From a virus, in IMG/VR virus record IMGVR_UViG_3300042090_002597, positions 41,741 through 105,740 of that record: DNA of 64,000 nt; one strand, written 5' to 3'. The notes beneath the pieces were generated by a model. It worked only from the letters and a program-made list of their open reading frames with translations, had not been told where the DNA came from and ran no database searches. The position numbers and the translations under genes were made by a program. Of the stretch, positions 8,425 through 16,735 are shown one piece after another (within the stretch, counting starts at the first letter, position 1; each line of letters starts with the position of its first letter).

Positions 8425-9566
8425 TTGGCCAGATGCCCCATCCAGGCTGTGATCACCGCAGCCGCGGCTTCCACATTGATAGCATTTCCGAAGGCGCGCA
8501 GTTTCTGTACGTCTCCCGGAACCCTTAATTTCAGCGGCGAGAGCATCATTTTTTCCTGGTTGCTCGGCCAGACCGCTTCGGTGCCAACATATCCCAGATC
8601 GGCGGATAGCCCTGGAGCCAACTCGAAAAGCGGGGATTCAGTAGGCCTTTGCCGCCCGTCGCTGCAGGCGATCCATTCAAGCTCGCGCCATGGGGGCCTT
8701 GGCCCGGCTTGTTGTTCAGCTGCTCGCCTTTCTTGCCACCACCGCGCTCCTCGTAGGTGCGATGTGTCGGAGTGCGGTAATCCCTCGCCGCTGGAGAGGC
8801 CCAGCCGCCCAGATATATCGCCAGCAGCGACTGCGAGTGCAGATTGTCCGGTATCTTCCCCGCCGCCAAGCGCGCCGCCGAGAAGCCGGTGCTCTGCGCG
8901 TCCTCCGCTTTCGGCGTCGACCAGCCCGCTGTCTGTGCCGCCACTTGCAAAGAGGTGATGGATGTGCGGTTGCTGAACGAGCCGTCCCGCTCGCCCATGC
9001 GTTTCTTCATCGCCAAGTGCGCCTCGACGGTCTTGTTGTCGTCCTGCGCCACCGGAGACGGCCAACCGGTCTGCGCACCACCAGATCCGATGCCGGATGT
9101 TCGGCGCACCGACGCCCGCAGAAGGAAAAACAATCGCCCCGCAGGCGTAGCCTGCATTTTCCAGGTCAGAGCATACAAGGTCGAGCCAGACGAGCCCGTC
9201 TCGGCTGCTAACCTGCTCCCCAATGAGTCGGTCAGGCTGGCACTGGTTGATGTGCCAGAAGACGGCGGGCCAAAGGTGCCGCTCGTCAGCAAACCCTTCT
9301 CTCTTGCCACTCTGGGAGAATGGCTGGCAAGGACAACTGACTGTCCAGACTGGTCTGTCATCGACCCACCCCGCTCGCCGGAGCGCCGCCGGCCATCCGC
9401 CTAGCCCCGCGCATAGATGCACCTGATCGTAACCCATGAGGTCCAGTGGCTCGACATCCCACAAATCACGGTCATCAATTCTCCCAGCCGGTATTTCCCC
9501 GGCGTCCATCAGATTGCTCAGCCAGTCGCAACAATAGCGTTCTATTTCGTTGTAGTAGGCTACCAT
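8421..9566 (-). CDS. C5 cytosine DNA methyltransferase, alpha polypeptide
   Basis: Motif I LCAGLGGW, motif IV SCPCQPFS, motif VI GEQV, motif VIII PNIRHRIW, motif X LRAFGNAI; motif IX not in this frame. Confidence 0.85.
   Translation of the reverse strand: MVAYYNEIERYCCDWLSNLMDAGEIPAGRIDDRDLWDVEPLDLMGYDQVHLCAGLGGWPAALRRAGWVDDRPVWTVSCPCQPFSQSGKREGFADERHLWPAVFWHINQCQPDRLIGEQVSSRDGLVWLDLVCSDLENAGYACGAIVFPSAGVGAPNIRHRIWWCADRLAVSGGAGRQQDRRGALGDEETHGRAGRLVQQPHIHHLFASGGTDSGLVDAESGGRAEHRLLGGALGGGEDTGQSALAVAAGDISGRLGLSSGEGLPHSDTSHLRGARWWQERRAAEQQAGPRPPWRELEWIACSDGRQRPTESPLFELAPGLSADLGYVGTEAVWPSNQEKMMLSPLKLRVPGDVQKLRAFGNAINVEAAAAVITAWMGHLAK
8546..9361 (-). CDS. Nested alternative-frame ORF, probable beta subunit of the C5 MTase
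   Basis: Repeated GWxT/SPxAxD motifs and motif IX-like LNPRFSSWLQGYP. Confidence 0.7.
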   Translation of the reverse strand: MTDQSGQSVVLASHSPRVAREKGLLTSGTFGPPSSGTSTSASLTDSLGSRLAAETGSSGSTLYALTWKMQATPAGRLFFLLRASVRRTSGIGSGGAQTGWPSPVAQDDNKTVEAHLAMKKRMGERDGSFSNRTSITSLQVAAQTAGWSTPKAEDAQSTGFSAARLAAGKIPDNLHSQSLLAIYLGGWASPAARDYRTPTHRTYEERGGGKKGEQLNNKPGQGPHGASLNGSPAATGGKGLLNPRFSSWLQGYPPIWDMLAPKRSGRATRKK

Positions 9567-9713
9567 CCAAAAAACACTTTCGCCAACAGACCAGCACAGG
9601 CGGCCAGGCACAACCACGCCAGAATGCCGCCGATGACCCCGTTCCGAATTCCTCTGGGGGACAGCACATAGTCGCCTTCGTCATCGTACAGGTCGAACGG
9701 AGGCGGCGGGATG

Positions 9714-9911
9714 TCAAGTTCTCCTGGCACGGCTGAACTCCTTCATCGCTACCTCTATTTTCCGTACGACATGCATGGTCGGCGAGCGTCCCGCCCGCAG
9801 CTGCCGGACCAGATTGCAGTCCCCAATAGCGCGTACGCCGAAGGCGCTGGCGGATTCACCAGTCTTTAACAGGTACGCTTCTATCATAGCCAGCAATTCG
9901 GTTTCGTTCAT
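9714..9911 (-). CDS. Small Cro/XRE-like regulator
   Basis: IEAYLLKTGESASAFGVRAIGDCNLVRQLRAGRSPT, typical of alphaproteobacterial phage regulators. Confidence 0.7.
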   Translation of the reverse strand: MNETELLAMIEAYLLKTGESASAFGVRAIGDCNLVRQLRAGRSPTMHVVRKIEVAMKEFSRARRT

Positions 9912-9925
9912 GCGGCAACATATAA

Positions 9926-9943
9926 AAGGAAATTTCCTTGACA
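9926..9943. promoter_or_regulatory. 14-bp palindromic operator overlapping a -35 box
   Basis: AAGGAAATTTCCTT (9926-9939) overlaps TTGACA (9938-9943) between divergent genes. Confidence 0.55.
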
Positions 9944-10503
9944 GCAAGAAAAATAAAGCGCAGTTTGCACACAGACAGAAACATCCAACAGGAGAGCAGA
10001 TCATGCACTATCTTGATGCCCACCCTCGCAGTTCCAGCCCCGCAGCGAACATCGTTCATTTGCGGCAGGACCATGAGCGGCACATCATTCCGCGTGAAGA
10101 GAAGATCGAACAGCAGCACCTTTGGGCTACTGTCGACGGCGCGCTTTACCTCGCCAATCAGGTGACACTTGAGCAGCACATGCTTCTGTTGCGGCGTATG
10201 ATTGCGGATCGGAAGCCTCGGCCGCGCACGGGCGATCCGCTGCTGCAGGCGATCACGCTTACCGCAGCAGCGCCCGCGTGGTCGGATCTCCGACAGCAAT
10301 GCCGGATTATCCGGGCGATTCGGAGTGTGCTGCGGTGAGCGACGGAAAACTGACTGAGGCGCAGAAGCGTGCGCGCGATTGGCTGCCGGCGGACGGCTCC
10401 TGGCGCACCGATCCGGGTCGCCTGACAGCGGCGCTGAGCAGTCTTTCGATTGCATGGCCTCGCTGCGTTGAGCGCGGTGTGGAAGTGAAAGCGATGGCGG
10501 CGA

Positions 10504-11016
10504 ATGCCCGCTGAACCAGCGCCGAAGCCAGTGATGCCCGGCAAATGGTTTCACGCCAGTTCATTGGCGTCTCCGGTATGCCAAATGTTTGGCAGGAGCA
10601 GCGACCATCTGCGTCCGCTCGGTGCCGGCGAACGTCTGCTCGGGGCGTTTATTTTGCCGCCGTTCCAGCGGCCACCAGTTTGGACTCGCGCGCAGCAAAT
10701 CCGACTGATCGAGAGCATGTGGGCGGGTCTGCCGATCGGCAGTTATGTCTACAATCAGACGCGGACCTACCAGCATCCGTGTGATTTCTGGCTGATTGAT
10801 GGGCAGCAGCGCGTGACCGCTATTCTGGCGTACGTGGCGGACAAGTTCCCGGTGCACGGGTATTTATGGAGCCAGATCACCAGACCCGAGCAACTTGGAT
10901 TTGAGTTGTCCCCCGTCCCAGCTTTTCAGATGGCGAGCGAAAGTGAGCAGGAGTGCCGGGACATTTACGAACGTCTTGCTTATGGCGGGACTGCGCATGT
11001 CAGGAGACAAAAATGA
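10504..11016 (+). CDS. Stand-alone DUF262 (ParB-like) protein
   Basis: LPPFQRPPVW...LIES...LPIG...LIDGQQR motifs. Confidence 0.85.
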   Translation: MPAEPAPKPVMPGKWFHASSLASPVCQMFGRSSDHLRPLGAGERLLGAFILPPFQRPPVWTRAQQIRLIESMWAGLPIGSYVYNQTRTYQHPCDFWLIDGQQRVTAILAYVADKFPVHGYLWSQITRPEQLGFELSPVPAFQMASESEQECRDIYERLAYGGTAHVRRQK

Positions 11017-11383
11017 GCGAAATTCTCATCAAACACTACGCATGGAGCCGGTATGTCGAGGAGCGGTCGAAGATCGGCGGGGATCCGGAGTATCTGTATT
11101 CGGTGGAAACCATTCTGCTGACCGATACCGGACTGCCGCTGCGTGCCATCCGCAACAAGGCCGACCTTGCCATTGATGTGCGGCAGGCTATACTGGAAAC
11201 CATCTGACGGATTGGGGTGTCGGGCTATTCACCATGATGCGGCGGCCGCACGCAGCCACATGCGCTATCTCTCTACCATCGGGTGCGCCCCTCGCCACAC
11301 ATGCGTCTGATGGATGGGCAAACCCTGACCCGACCGCAAGAACTGCCGGGTAAGATAGCGCGCGGCCAACACTGGAGAATGAG

Positions 11384-11629
11384 ATGAAGTATTTCGCGAT
11401 CGGTGTCGTAATGGGTTTTCTCGGTGCTGCCAGTTTCGCAACAGCGCAAAGCGTGTACAAAAACGGTGTTGGCTGGAGCATGTTGGCGGTGCACACCAAG
11501 GGCGGTGATATCGCTATGACCTCGCATCTCACATCGGCGGAATGCGGCTACTGGGCGGAACGCCTGACTCCGCACCCGAAATCCAACATCGAGAACTACA
11601 CCATTGTTTCGGGCGAATGCTTTCAGTGA
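11384..11629 (+). CDS. Small secreted or membrane protein
   Basis: Signal-peptide-like N-terminus; GGAG ribosome-binding site. Confidence 0.55.
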   Translation: MKYFAIGVVMGFLGAASFATAQSVYKNGVGWSMLAVHTKGGDIAMTSHLTSAECGYWAERLTPHPKSNIENYTIVSGECFQ

Positions 11630-12021
11630 AGCGGAAAGTCTATCCGCGGATGCGCTTCGGGCGGTTGGTCACGATCGACCTGAGCGGCGGGTTCCGGGAT
11701 GGCCGCAAGCGCTGGCTTTGCCAGTGTGATTGTGGAAAAACCACAGTCGCGCACGGCTACCATTTACTTTCCGGTCTGGTCAAGTCCTGTGGCTGCCGCA
11801 TGCGCTCCGCAGCGATGGAGAATGCGCTGCGGCTGAATTCCGAGATCAAGGCCATGGATCCGGAGGAACGCCAGCGCTACTATGCACACATCAAACGGAA
11901 GATACGGCAGACCCGGAAAGGTCAGGCGGTCGCCAGCAAGGCCAGCGCTTCGGTCCTGCAATCCTCTGCCCGTCTGTCCCAGCCTTTCAGGAAGAACCTG
12001 GCCGACGGGATCGAGGCATAG
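11626..12021 (+). CDS. Cys-rich N-terminal domain of HNH/AP2-type endonucleases, nuclease domain absent
   Basis: RFGRLV...WLCQCDCG...LLSGLVKSCGC. Confidence 0.6.
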   Translation: MKRKVYPRMRFGRLVTIDLSGGFRDGRKRWLCQCDCGKTTVAHGYHLLSGLVKSCGCRMRSAAMENALRLNSEIKAMDPEERQRYYAHIKRKIRQTRKGQAVASKASASVLQSSARLSQPFRKNLADGIEA

Positions 12022-12452
12022 AAGGTCTCCTCGCTGGCGGTGAAAGAGCGGATCAGCGAGTCCGAGGACATTTTCGCGGCCGCGGCCAGGGTGCGCGGAC
12101 CGACCTGCCCATCCACCACTGCACCGACAGTGGACTGCAACACCCGGGCGGCGCGCCCAGGTCCGCCTACCATGGCCAGGTTGAACACAGCCATGTCCAC
12201 TCCGACAGCAAGCCGATCGCAACCGGCTGCGTTCCAGAAGTTGGTTTTCAGGACCAGTGCGAGATCGTCCTGGCTGGCTTCGGCGAGCGGAACATCCGCA
12301 ACCAGGCCGTGCTCGACAGCTGCGGCCCAGGTGGTGTGCGTGACGCCCATGCTGGTGGCACCGCCGTAGTCATTGGTGTCTGTGTGCAAGGCTTGCCCGT
12401 CGTTTTCCGGGCGCCACACGAATATCAGGGAGAAAGGCCAGGAACTGTTCAC
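11922..12452 (-). CDS. Endolysin, glycoside hydrolase 108 with PG-binding C-terminus
   Basis: DYGGATSMGVT, FW..GCDRL..GVD..VF, VDGQVGPRTL, FLKGWDRR. Confidence 0.85.
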   Translation of the reverse strand: MNSSWPFSLIFVWRPENDGQALHTDTNDYGGATSMGVTHTTWAAAVEHGLVADVPLAEASQDDLALVLKTNFWNAAGCDRLAVGVDMAVFNLAMVGGPGRAARVLQSTVGAVVDGQVGPRTLAAAAKMSSDSLIRSFTASEETFYASIPSARFFLKGWDRRAEDCRTEALALLATA

Positions 12453-12473
12453 CTCATTTGCTCCATGGTGGTT

Positions 12474-13469
12474 TTAGTCATGACAGGTGCTCCTGATAAC
12501 TGCCCTGTAGGTATCCGCCACAAGGGCGTCGATGAATTCTTGATCTGGCACAGCCGGAAGGCACGATGTCGCCTGAGCGGCTTCTACGGCTTCGAGTAGG
12601 CCTTCGATTTCGTCTGCCACTTTGGCATACGGCACGGTGCCCTGTTTGATCGCCAGGATGTGCTCCGCGTTCGGGAGCGGGAAAGTGATCCATGCAGTGG
12701 ACATGAATTCGAGCGCCTCGCTGCCGACGCGCACGGCATGCGAAAGCGCCTTCCAGTCCGCGCCCTCGTTGCGCTCGGCCTGAAGCGAGCGGTCGCCATA
12801 TTCGGCTAGCAGTCGCGCATAGATGGCACGAGCATCCTTTAGACTGTTGAAGAACGGCGTTTTCCGATTGCAGCATTCGAGGTGAGCGACCGGCTTGCTT
12901 TGGTTTGGGTGCTGGATATCTATGATTTGGGTGTGGTCAAGCTGTCGCGCCTTGATGAATTCCGGCAGCCCGTCAGCGGCCTCGAACATCTTGGCAAGGT
13001 GCCCGCGCTCTGCAATGGCGGCGTCGAACCATTCGACGATGTTGCGCACCGCATGAACGCGGGAACCTCGGATACCGTATTTGTTGGCCTGCGTTCTACA
13101 GTAGCCAACGAACGCTGCGGCTTTGCTGCTGACCAGATGTCGGCGGTTTTCCACGATGGTGCGCCAGAGCGGCGCGGGCGGTTCGACCATCGCCCAGTCA
13201 GGGGCAAACAGCATGTCGAGTGCGACAGTCTGCCCCTCGGCCAAGAGACTGAGATAGCGGTGCAGCGCAAAAGCCTCCCGGTCCACATCGCCCGGCTTGT
13301 TCTTTTCGCCGGCCGATTTTTCTTTATGGTTCTGGATCGTTGGCTTGATCCGCTGCAACAGGATGTCGCGCGCCTGGGGGAGAAACACGCTTTTGTAATC
13401 CAGATCCGACCCAGGAGTGGACGTGCCGTACAGGTGCGATCCGAATTTGATTGTGCAGATGGAATTCAC
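12474..13469 (-). CDS. Pol-beta superfamily nucleotidyltransferase (RlaP/T4 NrdC.11-like)
   Basis: FGSHLYGTSTPGSDLD; DWKALSHAVRV. Confidence 0.85.
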   Translation of the reverse strand: MNSICTIKFGSHLYGTSTPGSDLDYKSVFLPQARDILLQRIKPTIQNHKEKSAGEKNKPGDVDREAFALHRYLSLLAEGQTVALDMLFAPDWAMVEPPAPLWRTIVENRRHLVSSKAAAFVGYCRTQANKYGIRGSRVHAVRNIVEWFDAAIAERGHLAKMFEAADGLPEFIKARQLDHTQIIDIQHPNQSKPVAHLECCNRKTPFFNSLKDARAIYARLLAEYGDRSLQAERNEGADWKALSHAVRVGSEALEFMSTAWITFPLPNAEHILAIKQGTVPYAKVADEIEGLLEAVEAAQATSCLPAVPDQEFIDALVADTYRAVIRSTCHD

Positions 13470-14323
13470 AGGAACACCGCAGCGCGCTGGGTGCGATCAA
13501 CCGCCCGCTCCCATGTGAAGGAGCCGGCAGCAAGCATCACCGCAATCTCGTCACCGCGTTTGTCTGCATCGAGTTTGGTGACGATGTGATCGCCGTCGCA
13601 CGAAAGCAGAACGTGCGTGCGGCCATTCCGATCCTCTAGTGTCATGGCGGTGGTCGGTGTTTGCACGCGCGTCCAGCGACAAAAGCCCTTGTCGTCGCCG
13701 CCTTTGCAATAATCTTCCGATTTGGCTCCGCAGTAATAGCACGGGCTCAGGGTGGTTTCAGTTTTCGTCATTGGTGACAGTCTCCGTCATTTTCACCGAA
13801 CCGCTTTTGATGAGGTCCCCGCACCGAATACAAAGTTCGCCGTCGCCGGGACCGCCCATGCCGTCGATAATTAATCCGCATAGCGCACACGACCAAACCG
13901 CCGCCGTCGAGATGCGAAACTCCCCAGGGCTGGGGGGAAGTATCTTCCGGCGCACCAACTCATAAAACTCAGTGGCTGGCGCGGTGGTCACGGGATGCTC
14001 AGGTGCTTTTGACATTAGCGGCCTCCATTAACCGTTTGATCGCCTCGTATGGCCCATCATCGTCAAGGTCGAATTCTTTCTCCGCCTGATACCAAGAATG
14101 CGCGACGGATTGCATGGCGCCGCAGATCGCGTCGCAACCACGTTCCCGTTGCCGTAGGCGCTTTAGCTCGGCGGCGTCCGATTTAGTCAGCCAGTTACGA
14201 AAACTCATGGTGCCTGCCTCCATGGCGGAATCGGATATTCGAGCAACGGGACAATGGCGATCCGGGTCGCGTTGGACTGCGATTACACGCCCCGCGCCAC
14301 CTGACACTCAAAACCCCGGCAGA

Positions 14324-15091
14324 CTAAATGGTTAGCGAAGCGATATCCGTTTCAAGAGCGTCCCAGTCTAAACCAGATGGTGCCAACCCGGTTGAACGCA
14401 TCCATTGACGCGACAATGTGACGTCCACCGCCAACACATAGCGCGACCACCACTCGGGGTGCACGACAATGTCGATACCCCAGGTGCGGACAGTGAAAAT
14501 GTCACCGTCGTACTTGCCGGACATGACCTGATGTCCGCCACCAGAACCCGGCTCCCAACCCGCCCCAGTGCCCGGAGCGACGGACCAAGTGGACAGATCC
14601 TCCCATGTGGCCGGCATCGTCAAAGTGACCTGCACCGGACCTGTGTGGCCGATCGCGAGCTTGGTTTCGACCAGATTGAGATGGTCAACGCCAGCCCACA
14701 GGATGACGTCCATGGTGGCGGGATTGGCGGGATCCCGAAGCAGTCCGGTCCGGGCCCAGGCCGCCAAAGCGTCGTCGGTATTGGTACCAATATCCGGTTT
14801 GCCAGTCACCGGATCATAGCCGGTGAGTTCGGAATAGCGGGCGATGACCTGGTCCTTTACCGGCTTCCAGAAATCATTGCCGATCGTGTTGGCCCAGCGC
14901 ATTTCCATGGCGCGGAACTCAGCTGCGGGTACGCACACCCCGAGTCTGTCATTGCCGAGCGGATCGCCATCTGCTGGTGCTGCCTTGTGCCAGTCCACCG
15001 CCGGAAGCGGTTCATGCGCCGACAACCGCGCCCGGGCGGCCAGCATGGCGATCTGCTTCGGGCGCGGCCGTGGAATGGCACCGAGACGCAT
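14324..15091 (-). CDS. Papain-like (C1-type) cysteine peptidase
   Basis: LGNDRLGVC (Cys), GGHQV (His), KYD...TWG. Confidence 0.6.
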   Translation of the reverse strand: MRLGAIPRPRPKQIAMLAARARLSAHEPLPAVDWHKAAPADGDPLGNDRLGVCVPAAEFRAMEMRWANTIGNDFWKPVKDQVIARYSELTGYDPVTGKPDIGTNTDDALAAWARTGLLRDPANPATMDVILWAGVDHLNLVETKLAIGHTGPVQVTLTMPATWEDLSTWSVAPGTGAGWEPGSGGGHQVMSGKYDGDIFTVRTWGIDIVVHPEWWSRYVLAVDVTLSRQWMRSTGLAPSGLDWDALETDIASLTI

Positions 15092-15095
15092 CGGC

Positions 15096-15632
15096 TTACT
15101 TTACGGTCGGAATGCCGAGAACCTTGCGGGCAACCACCGGATCCATACCTCCGGCAGCAGATGCTTTGGCCATATGCACCGCGGATGCTGCGGGGACGTA
15201 GGTGTTCACGAAGGCCTCGATCACCGGCAGCAGCGCGTTCACGGCGGCGATGATCGGCAGGGCGGCGGCAAGCGGCGGGTAGGCGGCTGCCACGGCCGGT
15301 GTGATCGCGGTCAGGCCGGCGAGCGCCTGATTGATGAAACCTTCGACCTGCGCCAGCGTACTGGCTCCTGCGGCTGCGGGAGTGGCGGAGGACAGCGCAA
15401 GGACCAAGGTCCTGGCGCTGGTGAGGTAGCCGATCACTTGCCCGGCGAGAGCGGGGGTGACGACAGCGGGTGCGGTGGCGGCAAGCAGTGGCACTTCGGA
15501 TAGCAGGGAGTTTACGATGCCGGTGGCGTCAGCGAGCACCTGCGCGTCGGTGGTGGCGCCACCGGCGCAGGCGTCGAGCAGCGCGGCGGTTGAAAAAGAA
15601 GTGGCACAGACAAGCAGATGACGACGGCGCAT
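15096..15632 (-). CDS. Putative lipoprotein (possible spanin)
   Basis: MRRRHLL...LLDAC lipobox-like N-terminus; lies in the lysis cluster. Confidence 0.5.
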   Translation of the reverse strand: MRRRHLLVCATSFSTAALLDACAGGATTDAQVLADATGIVNSLLSEVPLLAATAPAVVTPALAGQVIGYLTSARTLVLALSSATPAAAGASTLAQVEGFINQALAGLTAITPAVAAAYPPLAAALPIIAAVNALLPVIEAFVNTYVPAASAVHMAKASAAGGMDPVVARKVLGIPTVK

Positions 15633-15687
15633 GAAAACCTCCAGAAATGAAAAAGCGGACCGGTTGACCGCCGATCCGCTTTTGGGA

Positions 15688-16053
15688 TCAGGCGGGAGTG
15701 GAAGTGCCGCCCGAAGTGACGGTGCTGCCGCCGGACGAAACCACCGGCGAACTCTCTGCCGCCACTGCCGCTGCCAGAGCAGTGGCATTGGCGGTGATGG
15801 TGCTGGACAGGCTGGCCAGACTGGCCAGTTGCGCCGGGGTGGCACCAGCCGCAGTCGCCGCTGCGACCGCGGCTTCAAGCTGAGCGGAGAAGCCGTTGAT
15901 CAGGGTGAGCGCCGAGGTGTTGGCGGTGGTCTCGGCCGCCACGGCGGCGGTGAGGCTGGCGATTTCGGCGGAAACGGAGTCGGACATGATTTTGAAATCC
16001 CTTCTGAGTTCGAGGAGCAGTTCGTAGATTCGGTCAAGTACGTGTTCGTTCAA
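15688..16053 (-). CDS. Ala-rich helical hypothetical protein
   Basis: ORF coupled to the holin-like gene. Confidence 0.55.
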   Translation of the reverse strand: MNEHVLDRIYELLLELRRDFKIMSDSVSAEIASLTAAVAAETTANTSALTLINGFSAQLEAAVAAATAAGATPAQLASLASLSSTITANATALAAAVAAESSPVVSSGGSTVTSGGTSTPA

Positions 16054-16388
16054 GGGGCGGGTGCCACTGTCGGAGCAGGTGCCGGAATTGGAGCAACCGG
16101 GGTTGGTACTGTCGGCGCGGCCACGACAATCGGAGCGGCGGAAGGCAGAGCAGCCGATTTGTCAGCAGATCCCTTGCTGCTGCCAAGCCAGTAACCGAGC
16201 GCGATCATCACGCCTTGTTTCGGCAGTTCCGAAAGAGAACTGTACAGACTGTCCAGTTTGAGCAGGTAGGCGATTGCCACCCATGCGAAATAAGCGGCGA
16301 AAATCAAGAGCGTGACCGTCATCGCGCCCCATGTGGTGGCGGCCGGTGGCGTCGGCGCTGCTGTCGGTGTCGGAGTGGAACCGCTCAT
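16050..16388 (-). CDS. Holin-like membrane protein
   Basis: Two hydrophobic segments and LGYWLGSSKGSADK motif. Confidence 0.6.
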   Translation of the reverse strand: MSGSTPTPTAAPTPPAATTWGAMTVTLLIFAAYFAWVAIAYLLKLDSLYSSLSELPKQGVMIALGYWLGSSKGSADKSAALPSAAPIVVAAPTVPTPVAPIPAPAPTVAPAP

Positions 16389-16411
16389 GTGCCTACCTCA
16401 AAGTGCGGGGA

Positions 16412-16672
16412 TCAGGGGGCTTTTGCTGTGGCAGGTGTTTCGGCGGTTTTTGCAGGCGGCACAGCGGCCGCTGCTTGTAGCGAAGCGACCTGGCTCTGCA
16501 GAACAAAAACCTGGGCCCGCAACTGGAGAATGGTCTGAAGCTGATTCATCACCTCTTGCCCGAGCGCCTGCTTATCCGCATCCGCTGGCGCAGTCTGGGC
16601 GGGGGCGGTTTGTGCGAGAACGGCAGGCGCGGACAGCAAAGCGATTGCCGCCACGAGAGGGAAAAGACGCAT
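16412..16672 (-). CDS. Small secreted coiled-coil protein
   Basis: Signal peptide ending VLA-Q. Confidence 0.55.
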   Translation of the reverse strand: MRLFPLVAAIALLSAPAVLAQTAPAQTAPADADKQALGQEVMNQLQTILQLRAQVFVLQSQVASLQAAAAVPPAKTAETPATAKAP

Positions 16673-16735
16673 ATTACATACCTCAATTTGAACGGGTGCC
16701 GGTAATATTACTCTCTCCTGAATGATTTCGTCAAG

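Noticed and set aside
11300-11345. c-di-GMP riboswitch or hammerhead ribozyme
   Set aside because: GGGCAAACCC and CTGATGG only partly resemble the cores; the remaining conserved elements are missing
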